DNA of 64,000 nucleotides from Eledone cirrhosa. Lineage: Eukaryota. The position numbers were made by a program, and so were the translations under genes. Location: the NCBI GenBank assembly GCA_964016885.1, contig OZ024740.1:294934001-294998000 (forward strand). The letters run 5' to 3'. Every line of letters starts with the position of its first letter. Position 1 is the first letter of the stretch. This document shows positions 21,601 to 36,600 of this stretch, in pieces. Under the pieces are notes generated by a model, which saw only the letters and a program-made list of their open reading frames with translations, ran no database searches and was not told where the DNA came from.

Positions 21601-24600
21601 TCTCTCAATCTGTCACGACTCCATCTCTGTCACTTCTCTCACTCTGTCATATCTCCACCTCTGCCACTTCTCTCACTCTGTCACATCTCCATCTCTGTCA
21701 CTTCTCTCACTCTGTCATATCGCCACCTCTGCCACTTCTCTCACTCTGTCATATCTCCACCTCTGCCACTTCTCTCACTCTGTCACATATCCACCTCTGT
21801 CACTTCTCTCACTCTGTCACATCTCCATCTCTGTCACTTCTCTCACTCTGTCACATCTCCATCTCTGCCACTTCTCTCACTCTGTCACATCTCCATCTCT
21901 GTCACTTCTCTCACTCTGTCACATCTCCACCTCAGTCACATCTCCACCTCTGTCACTTCTCTCACTCTGTCACATCTCCACCTCTGTCACATCTCCACCT
22001 CTGTCACTTCTCTCACTCTGTCACATCTCCATCTTTGTCACTTCTCTCACTCTGTCACATCTCCACCTTTGTCACATCTCCACCTCTGTCACTTCTCTCA
22101 CTCTGTCACATCTCCATCTCTGCCACTTCTCTCACTCTGTCACATCTCCATCTTTGTCACTTCTCTCACTCTGTCACATCTCCACCTTTGTCACATCTCC
22201 ACCTCTGTCACTTCTCTCACTCTGTCACATCTCCACCTCTGTCACTTCTCTTACTCCGTCAAATCTCCACCTCTGTCACATCTCCACCTCTGTCACTTCT
22301 CTCACTCTGTCACATCTCCATCTCTGTCACTTCTCTCACTCTGTCACATCTCCACCTCTGTCACTTCTCTCACTCTGTCACATCTCCACCCCTGTCACAT
22401 CTCTCACTCTGTCACATCTCCACCTCTGTCACATCTCCACTTCTGTCACATCTCCACCTCTGTCACTTCTCTCACTCTGTCACATCTCCATCTCTGTCAC
22501 TTCTCTCACTCTGTCACATCTCTCACTCTGTAACATCTCCACCTCTGTCACTTCTCACACTCTGTCACATCTCCACCTCTGTCACATCTCCACTTCTGTC
22601 ACATCTCCACCTCTGTCACTTCTCTCACTCTGTCACATCTCCATCTCTGTCACTTCTCTCACTCTGTCACTTCTTTCACTCTGTCACATATCCACCTCTG
22701 TTACATCTCTCACTCTGTCATATCTCCACCTCTGCCACTTCTCTCACTCTGTCACATCTCCACCTCTGTCACTTCTCTCACTCTGTCACATCTCCATCTT
22801 TGTCACTTCTCTCATTCTGTCACATCTCCACCTCTGTCACATCTCCACCTCTGTCACTTCTCTCACTCTGTCACATCTCCACCTCTGTCACTTCCCTCAC
22901 TCTGTCACATCTCCACCTCTGTCACTTCCCTCACTCAGTCACATCTCCACCTCTGTCACTTCTCTCACTCTGTCACATATCCATCTCTGCCACTTCTCTC
23001 ACTCTGTCACTTCTCTCACTCTGCCACTTCTCTCACTCTGTCACTTCTCTCACTCTGTCACATCTCCACCTCTGTCACTTCTCTCACTCTGTCACATCTC
23101 CATCTCTGCCACTTCTCTCACTCTGTCACATCTCCATCTCTGTCACTTCTCTCACTCTGTCACATCTCCACCTCTGTCACATCTCCACCTCTGTCACTTC
23201 TCTCACTCTGTCACATCTCCATCTCTGTCACTTCTCTCACTCTGTCACATCTCTCACTCTGTCACATCTCCACCTCTGTCACTTCTCACACTCTGTCACA
23301 TCTCCACCTCTGTCACATCTCCACTTCTGTCACATCTCCACCTCTGTCACTTCTCTCACTCTGTCACATCTCCATCTCTGTCACTTCTCTCACTCTGTCA
23401 CTTCTCCAGCTCTGCCACTTCTCTCACTCTGTCACATATCCACCTCTGTAACATCTCTCACTCTGTAATATCTCCACCTCTGCCACTTCTCTCACTCTGT
23501 CACATCTCCACCTCGATCACTTCTCTCACTCTGTCACATCTCCATCTTTGTCACTTCTCTCATTCTGTCACATCTCCACCTCTGTCACATCTCCACCTCT
23601 GTCAATTCTCTCACTCTGTCACATCTCCACCTCTGTCACATCTCCATCTCTGTCACATCTCTCACTCTGTCACTTCTCTCACTCTGTCACATCGCCACCT
23701 CTGTCACTTCTCTCACTCTGTCACATCTCCACCTCTATCACATCGCCACCTCTGTGACTTCTCTCACTCTGTCACATCTCCATCTCTGTCACTTCTCTCA
23801 CTCTGTCACATCTCCACCTCTGTCACTTCTCTCACTCTGTCACATCTCCACCTCTGTCACTTCTCTAACTCTGTCACATATCTACCTCTGTCACTTCTCT
23901 CACTCTGTCACAGCTCCATCTTTGTCACTTCTCTCACTCTGTCACATCTCCACCTCTGTCACTTCTCTCACTCTGTCACATCTCCATCTCTGTCACTTCT
24001 CTCACTCTGTCACATCTCCAGCTCTGCCACTTCTCTCACTCTGTCACATATTCACCTCTGTTACATCTCTCACTCTGTCATATCTCCACCTCTGCCACTT
24101 CTCTCACTCTGTCACGACTCCATCTCTGTCACTTCTCTCACTCTGTCATATCTCCACCTCTGCCACTTCTCTCACTCTGTCACATCTCCATCTCTGTCAC
24201 TTCTCTCACTCTGTCATATCGCCACCTCTGCCACTTCTCTCACTCTGTCATATCTCCACCTCTGCCACTTCTCTCACTCTGTCACATATCCACCTCTGTC
24301 ACTTCTCTCACTCTGTCACATCTCCATCTTTGTCACTTCTCTCACTCTGTCACATCTCCACCTCTGTCACATCTCCACCTCTGTCACTTCTCTCACTCTG
24401 TCACATCTCCACCTCTGTCACTTCTCTTACACTGTCACATCTCCACCTCTGTCACATCTCCACCTCTGTCACTTCTCTCACTCTGTCACATCTCCATCTC
24501 TGTCACTTCTCTCACTCTGTCACATCTCCAGCTCTGCCACTTCTCTCACTCTGTCACATCTCCATCTCTGTCACTTCTCTCACTCTGTTACATCTCCAGC

Positions 24601-27600
24601 TCTGCCACTTGTCTCACTCTGTCACATATCCACCTCTGTTACATCTCTCACTGTCATATATCCACCTCTGCCACTTCTCTCACTCTGTCACATCTCCACC
24701 TCTGTCACTTCTCTCACTCTGTCACATCTCCATCTCTGTCACTTGTCTCACTCTGTCATATCTCCACCTCTGTCACTTCTCTCACTCTGTCACATCTCTC
24801 ACTCTGTCACATCTCCAACTCTGTCACATCTCCACCTCTGTCACTTCTCTCACTCTGTCACATCTCCACCTCTGTCACATCTCCATCTCTGCCACTTCTC
24901 TCACTCTGTCACATCTCCACCTCTGTCACTTTTCTCACTCTGTCACATCTCCATCTTTGTCACTTCTCTCATTCTGTCACATCTCCACCTCTGTCACATC
25001 TCCACCTCTGTCACTTCTCTCACTCTGTCACATCTCCACCTCTGTCACATCTCCATCTCTGTCACATCTCTCACTCTGTCACTTCCCTCACTCTGTCACA
25101 TCGCCACCTCTGTCACTTCTCTCACTCTGTCACATCTCCACCTCTATCACATCGCCACCTCTGTCACTTCTCTCACTCTGTCATATCTCCACCTCTGTAA
25201 CTTCTCTCACTCTGTCACATATCCACCTCTGTCACTTCTCTCACTCTGTCACAGCTCCACTTCTGTCACTTCTCTCACTGTCACATCTCCATCTTTGTCA
25301 CTTCTCTCACTCTGTCACATCTCCACCTCTGTCACATCTCCACCTCTGTCACTTCTCTCACTCTGTCACATCTCCACCTCTGTCACTTCTCTTACTCTGT
25401 CACATCTCCACCTCTGTCACATCTCCACCTCTGTCACTTCTCTCACTCTGTCACATCTCCATCTCTGTCACTTTTCTCACTCTGTCACATCTCCAGCTCT
25501 GCCACTTCTCTCACTCTGTCACATCTCCATCTTTGTCACTTCTCTCACTCTGTCACATCTCCACCTCTGTCACTTCTCTCACTCTGTCATATCTCCACCT
25601 CTGTCACTTCTCTCACTCTGTCACATCTCCATCTCTGTCACTTCTCTCACTCTGTCACATCTCCAGCTCTGTCACTTGTTTCACTCTGTCACATATCCAC
25701 CTCTGTTACATCTCTCACTCTGTCATATCTCCACCTCTGCCACTTCTCTCACTCTGTCACATCTCCACCTCGATCACTTCTCTCACTCTGTCACATCTCC
25801 ATCTTTGTCACTTCTCTCATTCTGTTACATCTCCACCTCTGTCACATCTCCACCTCTGTCAATTCTCTCACTCTGTCACATCTCCACCTCAGTCACATCT
25901 CCATCTCTGTCACATCTCTCACCCTGTCACTTCTCTCACTCTGTCACATCGCCACCTCTGTCACTTCTCTCACTCTGTCACATCTCCACCTCTATCACAT
26001 CGCCAGCTCTGTGACTTCTCTCACTCTGTCACATCTCCATCTCTGTCACTTCTCTCAGTCTGTCACATCTCCACCTCTGTCACTTCTCTCACTCTGTCAC
26101 ATCTCCACTTCTGTCACTTCTCTCACTCTGTCACATATCTACCTCTGTCACTTCTCTCACTCTGTCACAGCTCCATCTTTGTCAGTTCTCTCACTCTGTC
26201 ACATCTCCACCTCTGTCACTTCTCTCACTCTGTAACATCTCCATCTCTGCCACTTCTCTCACTCTGTCACATATCCACCTCTGTTACATCTCTCACTCTG
26301 TCATATCTCCACCTCTGCCACTTCTCTCACTCTGTCACGTCTCCATCTCTGTCACTTCTCTCACTCTGTCATATCTCCACCTCTGCCACTTCTCTCACTC
26401 TGTCACATCTCCATCTCTGTCACTTCTCTCACTCTGTCATATCTCCACCTCTGCCACTTCTCTCACTCTGTCATATCTCCACCTCTGCCACTTCTCTCTC
26501 TCTGTCACATATCCACCTCTGTCACTTCTCTCACTCTGTCACATCTCCATCTTTGTCACTTTTCTCACTCTGTCACATCTCCACCTCTGTCACATCTCCA
26601 CCTCTGTCACTTCTCTCACTCTGTCACATCTCCACCTCTGTCACTTCTCTTACTCTGTCACATCTCCACCTCTGTCACATCTCCACCTCTGTCACTTCTC
26701 CCACTCTGTCACATCTCCATCTCTGTCACTTCTCTCACTCTGTCACATCTCCAGCTCTGCCACATCTCTCACTCTGTCACATCTCCACCTCTGTCACTTC
26801 TCTCACTCTGTCACATCTCCACCCCTGTCACATCTCTCACTCTGTCACATCTCCACCTCTGTCACATCTCCACTTCTGTCACATCTCCACCTCTGTCACT
26901 TCTCTCACTCTGTCACATCTCCATCTCTGTCACTTCTCTCACTCTGTCACATCTCTCACTCTGTAACATCTCCACCTCTGTCACTTCTCACACTCTGTCA
27001 CATCTCCACCTCTGTCACATCTCCACTTCTGTCACATCTCCACCTCTGTCACTTCTCTCACTCTGTCACATCTCCATCTCTGTCACTTCTCTCACTCTGT
27101 CACTTCTTTCACTCTGTCACATATCCACCTCTGTTACATCTCTCACTCTGTCATATCTCCACCTCTGTCACTTCTCTCACTCTGTCACATCTCCATCTTT
27201 GTCACTTCTCTCATTCTGTCACATCTCCAGCTCTGTCACATCTCCACCTCTGTCACTTCTCTCACTCTGTCACATCTCCACCTCTGTCACTTCTCTCACT
27301 CTGTCACATCTCCACCTCTGTCACTTCCCTCACTCTGTCACATCTCCACCTCTGTCACATCTCCACCTCTGTCACTTCTCTCACTCTGTCACATCTCCAT
27401 CTCTGTCAATTCTCTCACTCTGTCACATCTCCACCTCTGTCACATCTCCACCTCTGTCACTTCTCTAACTCTGTCACATCTCCATCTCTGCCACTTCTCT
27501 CACTCTGTCACTTCTCTCACTCTGCCACTTCTCTCACTCTGTCACTTCTCTCACTCTGTCACATCTCCACCTCTGTCACTTCTCTCACTCTGTCACATCT

Positions 27601-30600
27601 CCATGTCTGCCACTTCTCTCACTCTGTCACATCTCCATCTCTGTCACTTCTCTCACTCTGTCACATCTCCACCTCTGTCACATCTCCACCTCTGTCACTT
27701 CTCTCACTCTGTCACATCTCCACCTCTGTCACATCTCCACCTCTGTCACTTCTCTCACTCTGTCACATCTCCATCTTTGTCACTTCTCTCACTCTGTCAC
27801 ATCTCCACCTCTGTCACATCTCCACCTCTGTCACTTCTCTCACTCTGTCACATCTCCACCTCTGTCACTTCTCTTACTCTGTCACATCTCCACCTCTGTC
27901 ACATCTCCACCTCTGTCACTTCTCTCACTCTGTCACATCTCCATCTCTGTCACTTCTCTCACTCTGTCACATCTCCACCTCTGTCACTTCTCTCACTCTG
28001 TCACATCTCCACCCCTGTCACATCTCTCACTCTGTCACATCTCCACCTCTGTCACATCTCCATCTCTGTCACTTCTCTCACTCTGTCACATCTCCACCTG
28101 TGTCACTTCTCTCACTCTGTCACATCTCCATCTCTGTCACTTCTCTCACTCTGTGACATCTCTCACTCTGTCAGATCTCCACCTCTGTCACTTCTCACAC
28201 TCTGTCACATCTCCACCTCTGTCACATCTCCACTTCTGTCACATCTCCACCTCTGTCACTTCTCTCACTCTGTCACATCTCCATCTCTGTCACTTCTCTC
28301 ACTCTGTCACTTCTCCAGCTCTGCCACTTCTCTCACTCTGTCACATATCCACCTCTGTTACATCTCTCACTCTGTCATATCTCCACCTCTGCCACTTCTC
28401 ACACTCTGTCACATCTCCACCTCGATCACTTCTCTCACTCTGTCACATCTCCATCTTTGTCACTTCTCTCATTCTGTCACATCTCCACCTCTGTCACATC
28501 TCCACCTCTGTCAATTCTCTCACTCTGTCACATCTCCACCTCTGTCACATCTCCATCTCTGTCACATCTCTCACTCTGTCACTTCCCTCACTCTGTCACA
28601 TCGCCACCTCTGTCACTTCTCTCACTCAGTCACATCTCCACCTCTATCACATCGCCACCTCTGTGACTTCTCTCACTCTGTCACATCTCCATCTCTGTCA
28701 CTTCTCTCACTCTGTCACATCTCCACCTCTGTCACTTCTCTCACTCTGTCACATCTCCACCTCTGTCACTTCTCTCACTCTGTCACATATCTACCTCTGT
28801 CACTTCCCTCACTCTGTCACATCTCCACCTCTATCACATCGCCACCTCTGTCACTTCTCTCACTCTGTCACATCTCCACCTCTGTCACTTCTCTCACTCT
28901 GTCACATATCTACCTCTGTCACTTCTCTCACTCTGTCACAGCTCCATCTTTGTCACTTCTCTCACTCTGTCACATCTCCACCTCTGTCACTTCTCTCACT
29001 CTGTCACATCTCCATCTCTGTCACTTCTCTCACTCTGTCACATCTCCAGCTCTGCCACTTCTCTCACTCTGTCACATATTCACCTCTGTTACATCTCTCA
29101 CTCTGTCATATCTCCACCTCTGCCACTTCTCTCACTCTGTCACGTCTCCATCTCTGTCACTTCTCTCACTCTGTCATATCTCCACCTCTGCCACTTCTCT
29201 CACTCTGTCACATCTCCATCTCTGTCACTTCTCTCACTCTGTCATATCGCCACCTCTGCCACTTCTCTCACTCTGTCATATCTCCACCTCTGCCACTTCT
29301 CTCACTCTGTCACATATCCACCTCTGTCACTTCTCTCACTCTGTCACATCTCCATCTTTGTCACTTCTCTCACTCTGTCACATCTCCACCTCTGTCACAT
29401 CTCCACCTCTGTCACTTCTCTCACTCTGTCACATCTCCACCTCTGTCACTTCTCTTACACTGTCACATCTCCACCTCTGTCACATCTCCACCTCTGTCAC
29501 TTCTCTCACTCTGTCACATCTCCATCTCTGTCACTTCTCTCACTCTGTCACATCTCCAGCTCTGCCACTTCTCTCACTCTGTCACATCTCCATCTCTGTC
29601 ACTTCTCTCACTCTGTTACATCTCCAGCTCTGCCACTTGTCTCACTCTGTCACATATCCACCTCTGTTACATCTCTCACTGTCATATATCCACCTCTGCC
29701 ACTTCTCTCACTCTGTCACATCTCCACCTCTGTCACTTCTCTCACTCTGTCACATCTCCATCTCTGTCACTTCTCTCACTCTGTCATATCTCCACCTCTG
29801 TCACTTCTCTCACTCTGTCACATCTCTCACTCTGTCACATCTACAACTCTGTCACATCTCCACCTCTGTCACTTCTCTCACTCTGTCACATCTCCACCCC
29901 TGTCACATCTCCACCTCTGTCACTTTTCTCACTCTGTCACATCTCCATCTTTGTCACTTCTCTCATTCTGTCACATCTCCACCTCTGTCACATCTCCACC
30001 TCTGTCACTTATCTCACTCTGTCACATCTCCACCTCTGTCACATCTCCATCTCTGTCACATCTCTCACTCTGTCACTTCCCTCACTCTGTCACATCGCCA
30101 CCTCTGTCACTTCTCTCACTCTGTCACATCTCCACCTCTATCACATCGCCACCTCTGTCACTTCTCTCACTCTGTCACATCTCCATCTCTGTCACTTCTC
30201 TCACTCTGTCACATCTCCACCTCTGTCACTTCTCTCACTCTGTCACATATCCACCTCTGTCACTTCTCTCACTCTGTCACAGCTCCACCTCTGTCACTTC
30301 TCTCACTGTCACATCTCCATCTTTGTCACTTCTCTCACTCTGTCACATCTCCACCTCTGTCACATCTCCACCTATGTCACTTCTCTCACTCTTTCACATC
30401 TCCACCTCTGTCACTTCTCTTACTCTGTCACATCTCCACCTCTGTCACATCTCCACCTCTGTCACTTCTCTCACTCTGTCACATCTCCATCTCTGTCACT
30501 TCTCTCACTCTGTCACATCTCCAGCTCTGCCACTTCTCTCACTCTGTCACATCTCCATCTTTATCACTTCTCTCACGCTGTCACATCTCCACCTCTGTCA

Positions 30601-33600
30601 CTTCTCTCACTCTGTCATATCTCCACCTCTGTCACTTCTCTCACTCTGTCACATCTCCATCTCTGTCACTTCTCTCACTCTGTCACATCTCCAGCTCTGT
30701 CACTTCTTTCACTCTGTCACATATCCACCTCTGTTACATCTCTCACTCTGTCATATCTCCACCTCTGCCACTTCTCTCACTCTGTCACATCTCCATGTCT
30801 GCCACTTCTCTCACTCTGTCACATCTCCATCTCTGTCACTTCTCTCACTCTGTCACATCTCCACCTCGATCACTTCTCTCACTCTGTCACATCTCCATCT
30901 TTGTCACTTCTCTCATTCTTTTACATCTCCACCTCTGTCACATCTCCACCTCTGTCAATTCTCTCACTCTGTCACATCTCCACCTCTGTCACATCTCCAT
31001 CTCTGTCACATCTCTCACTCTGTCACTTCTCTCACTCTGTCACATCGCCACCTCTGTCACTTCTCTCACTCTGTCACATCTCCAGCTCTATCACATCGCC
31101 AGCTCTGTGACTTCTCTCACTCTGTCACATCTCCATCTCTGTCACTTCTCTCACTCTGTCACATCTCCACCTCTGTTACTTCTCTCACTCTGTCACATCT
31201 CCACCTTTGTCACTTCGCTCACTCTGTCACATATCTACCTCTGTCACTTCTCTCACTCTGTCACAGCTCCATCTTTGTCACTTCTCTCACTCTGTCACAT
31301 CTCCACCTCTGTCACTTCTCTCACTCTGTAACATCTCCATCTCTGCCACTTCTCTCACTCTGTCACATATCCACCTCTGTTACATCTCTCACCCTGTCAT
31401 ATCTCCACCTCTGCCACTTCTCTCACTCTGTCACGTCTCCATCTCTGTCACTTCTCTCACTCTATCATATCTCCACCTCTGCCACTTCTCTCACTCTGTC
31501 ATATCTCCACCTCTGCCATTTCTCTCTCTCTGTCACATATCCACCTCTGTCACTTCTCTCACTCTGTCACATCTCCATCTTTGTCACTTCTCTCACTCTG
31601 TCACATCTCCACCTCTGTCACATCTCCACCTCTGTCACTTCTCTCACTCTGTCACATCTCCACCTCTGTCACTTCTCTTACTCTGTCACATCTCCAGCTC
31701 TGCCACTTCTCTCACTCTGTCATATCTCCATCTTTGTCACTTCTCTCACTCTGCCACATCTCCACCTCTGTCACTTCTCTCACTCTGTCATATCTCCACC
31801 TCTGTCACTTCTCTCACTCTGTCACATCTCCATCTCTGTCACTTCTCTCACTCTGTCACATCTCCATCTCTGTCACTTCTCTCACTCTGTCATATCTCCA
31901 CCTCTGTCACTTCTCTCACTCTGTCACATCTCTCACTCTGTCACATCTCTCACTCTGTCACATCTCCACCTCTGTCACATCTCCACCTCTGTCACTTCTC
32001 TCACTCTGTCACATCTCCACCTCTGTCACATCTCCATCTCTGCCACTTCTCTCACTCTGTCACATCTCCACCTCTGTCACTTTTCTCACTCTGTCACATC
32101 TCCATCTTTGTCACTTCTCTCATTCTGTCACATCTCCACCTCTGTCACATCTCCACCTCTGTCACTTCTCTCACTCTGTCACATCTCCACCTCTGTCACA
32201 TCTCCATCTCTGTCACATCTCTCACTCTGTCACTTCCCTCACTCTGTCACATCGCCACCTCTGTCACTTCTCTCACTCTGTCACATCTCCACCTCTATCA
32301 CATCGCCACCTCTGTCACTTCTCTAACTCTGTCACATCTCCATCTCTGTCACTTCTCTCACTCTGTCACATCTCCACTTCTGTGACTTCTCTCACTCTGT
32401 CACATCTCCACCTCTGTCACTTCTCTCACTCTGTAACATATCCACCTCTGTCACTTCTCTCACTCTGTTACAGCTCCACCTCTGTCACTTCTCTCACTCT
32501 GTCACATCTCCATCTTTGTCACTTCTCTCACTCTGTCACATCTCCACCTCTGTCTCATCTCCACCTCTGTCACTTCTCTCACTCGGTCACATCTCCACCT
32601 CTGTCACTTCTCTTACTCTGTCACATCTCCACCTCTGTCGCATCTCCACCTCTGTCACTTCTCTCACTCTGTCACATCTCCACCTCTGTCACATCTCCAT
32701 CTCTGTCACATCTCTCACTCTGTCACTTCCCTCACTCTGTCACATCGCCACCTCTGTCACTTCTCTCACTCTGTCACATCTCCACCTCTATCACATCGCC
32801 ACCTTTGTCACTTCTCTAACTCTGTCACATCTCCATCTCTGTCACTTCTCTCACTCTGTCACATCACCACTTCTGTCACTTCTCTCACTCTGTCACATCT
32901 CCACCTCTGTCACTTCTCTCACTCTGTCACATATCCACCTCTGTCACTTCTCTCACTCTGTCACAGCTCCACCTCTGTCACTTCTCTCACTCTGTCACAT
33001 CTCCATCTTTGTCACTTCTCTCACTCTGTCACATCTCCACCTCTGTCACTTCTCTCACTCTGTCACATCTCCACCTCTGTCACTTCTCTTACTCTGTCAC
33101 ATCTCCACCTCTGTCACATCTCCACCTCTGTCACTTCAATCACTCTGTCACATCTCCATCTCTGTCACTTCTCTCACTCTGTCACATCTCCATCTCTGTC
33201 ACTTCTCTCACTCTGTCATATCTCCACCTCTGTCACTTCTCTCACTCTGTCACATCTCTCACTCTGTCACATCTCTCACTCTGTCACATCTCCACCTCTG
33301 TCACATCTCCACCTCTGTCACTTCTCTCACTCTGTCACATCTCCACCTCTGTCACATCTCCATCTCTGCCACTTCTCTCACTCTGTCACATCTCCACCTC
33401 TGTCACTTTTCTCACTCTGTCACATCTCCATCTTTGTCACTTCTCTCATTCTGTCACATCTCCACCTCTGTCACATCTCCACCTCTGTCACTTCTCTCAC
33501 TCTGTCACATCTCCACCTCTGTCACATCTCCATCTCTGTCACATCTCTCACTCTGTCACTTCCCTCACTCTGTCACATCGCCACCTCTGTCACTTCTCTC

Positions 33601-36600
33601 ACTCTGTCACATCTCCACCTCTATCACATCGCCACCTCTGTCACTTCTCTAACTCTGTCACATCTCCATCTCTCTCACTTCTCCCACTCTGTCACATCTC
33701 CACTTCTGTCACTTCTCTCACTCTGTCACATCTCCACCTCTGTCACTTCTCTCACTCTGTCACATATCCACCTCTGTCACTTCTCTCACTCTGTCACAGC
33801 TCCACCTCTGTCACTTCTCTCACTCTGTCACATCTCCATCTTTGTCACTTCTCTCACTCTGTCACATCTCCACCTCTGTCACATCTCCACCTCTGTCACT
33901 TCTCTCACTCTGTCACATCTCCACCTCTGTCACTTCTCTTACTCTGTCACATCTCCACCTCTGTCACATCTCTACCTCTGTCACGTCTCTCACTCTGTCA
34001 CATCTCCACCTCTGTCACATCTCCATCTCTGTCACATTTCTCACTCTGTCACTTCCCTCACTCTGTCACATCGCCACCTCTGTCACTTCTCTCACTCTGT
34101 CACATCTCCACCTCTATCACATCGCCACATGTGTCACTTCTCTAACTCTGTCACATCTCCATCTCTGTCACTTCTCTCACTCTGTCACATCTCCACCTCT
34201 GTCACTTCTCTCACTCTGTCACATATCCACCTCTGTCACTTCTCTCACTCTGTCACAGCTCCACCTCTGTCACTTCTCTCACTCTGTCACATCTCCATCT
34301 TTGTCACTTCTCTCACTCTGTCACATTTCACCTCTGTCACTTCTCTCACTCTGTCACATCTCCACCTCTGTCACTTCTCTTACTCTGTCACATCTCCACC
34401 TCTGTCACATCTCCACCTCTGTCACTTCTCTCACTCTGTCACATCTCCAGCTCTGCCACTTCTCTCACTCTGTCACATCTCCATCTTTGTCACTTCTCTC
34501 ACTCTGTCACATCTCCACCTCTGTCACTTCTCTCACTCTGTCATATCTCCACCTCTGTCACTTCTCTCACTCTGTCACATCTCCATCTCTGTCACTTCTC
34601 TCACTTTGTCATATCTCCATCTCTGTCACTTCTCTCACTCTGTCACATTTCTCACTCTGTCACATCTCCACCTCTGTCACATCTCCACCTCTGTCACTTC
34701 TCTAAATCTGTCACATCTCCACCTCTGTCACATCTCCATCTCTGCCACTTCTCTCACTCTGTCACATCTCCACCTCTGTTACTTTTCTCATTCTGTCACA
34801 TCTCCATCTTTGTCACTTCTGTCATTCTGTCATATCTCCACCTCTGTCACATCTCCACCTCTGTCACTTCTCTCACTCTGTCACATCTCCACCTCTGTCA
34901 CATCTCCATCTCTGTCACCTCTCTCACTCTGTCACATCTCCACCTCTGTCACTTCTCTCACTCTGTCACATCTCCACCTCTGTCACATCTCCATCTCTGT
35001 CACTTCTCTCACTCTGTCACATCTCCAGCTCTGCCACTTCTCTCACTCTGTCACATCTCCATCTTTGTCACTTCTCTCACTCTGTCACATCTCCACCTCT
35101 GTCACTTCTCTCACTCTGTCATATCTCCCCCTCTGCCACTTCTCTCACTCTGTCACATCTCCATCTCTGTCACTTCACTCACTCTGTCACATCTCCATCT
35201 CTGCCACTTCTCTCACTCTGTCACATCTCCATCTTTGTCACTTCTCTCACTCTGTCACATCTCCACCTCTGTCACTTCTCTCACTCTGTCATATCTCCCC
35301 CTCTGCCACTTCTCTCACTCTGTCACATCTCCACCTCTGTCACTTCTCTCACTCTGTCATATCTCCATCTCTGTCACTTCTCTCACTCTGTCATATCTCC
35401 ACCTCTGCCACTTCTCTCACTCTGTCATATCTCCACCTCTGCCACTTCTCTCACTCTGTCATATCTCCACCTCTGCCATTTCTCTCTCTCTGTCACATAT
35501 CCACCTCTGTCACTTCTCTCACTCTGTCACATCTCCATCTTTGTCACTTCTCTCACTCTGTCACATCTCCACCTCTGTCACATCTCCACCTCTGTCACTT
35601 CTCTCACTCTGTCACATCTCCACCTCTGTCACTTCTCTTACTCTGTCACATCTCCAGCTCTGCCACTTCTCTCACTCTGTCATATCTCCATCTTTGTCAC
35701 TTCTCTCACTCTGCCACATCTCCACCTCTGTCACTTCTCTCACTCTGTCATATCTCCACCTCTGTCACTTCTCTCACTCTGTCACATCTCCATCTCTGTC
35801 ACTTCTCTCACTCTGTCACATCTCCATCTCTGTCACTTCTCTCACTCTGTCATATCTCCACCTCTGTCACTTCTCTCACTCTGTCACATCTCTCACTCTG
35901 TCACATCTCTCACTCTGTCACATCTCCACCTCTGTCACATCTCCACCTCTGTCACTTCTCTCACTCTGTCACATCTCCACCTCTGTCACATCTCCATCTC
36001 TGCCACTTCTCTCACTCTGTCACATCTCCACCTCTGTCACTTTTCTCACTCTGTCACATCTCCATCTTTGTCACTTCTCTCATTCTGTCACATCTCCACC
36101 TCTGTCACATCTCCACCTCTGTCACTTCTCTCACTCTGTCACATCTCCACCTCTGTCACATCTCCATCTCTGTCACATCTCTCACTCTGTCACTTCCCTC
36201 ACTCTGTCACATCGCCACCTCTGTCACTTCTCTCACTCTGTCACATCTCCACCTCTATCACATCGCCACCTCTGTCACTTCTCTAACTCTGTCACATCTC
36301 CATCTCTGTCACTTCTCTCACTCTGTCACATCTCCACTTCTGTGACTTCTCTCACTCTGTCACATCTCCACCTCTGTCACTTCTCTCACTCTGTCACATA
36401 TCCACCTCTGTCACTTCTCTCACTCTGTTACAGCTCCACCTCTGTCACTTCTCTCACTCTGTCACATCTCCATCTTTGTCACTTCTCTCACTCTGTCACA
36501 TCTCCACCTCTGTCTCATCTCCACCTCTGTCACTTCTCTCACTCGGTCACATCTCCACCTCTGTCACTTCTCTTACTCTGTCACATCTCCACCTCTGTCG

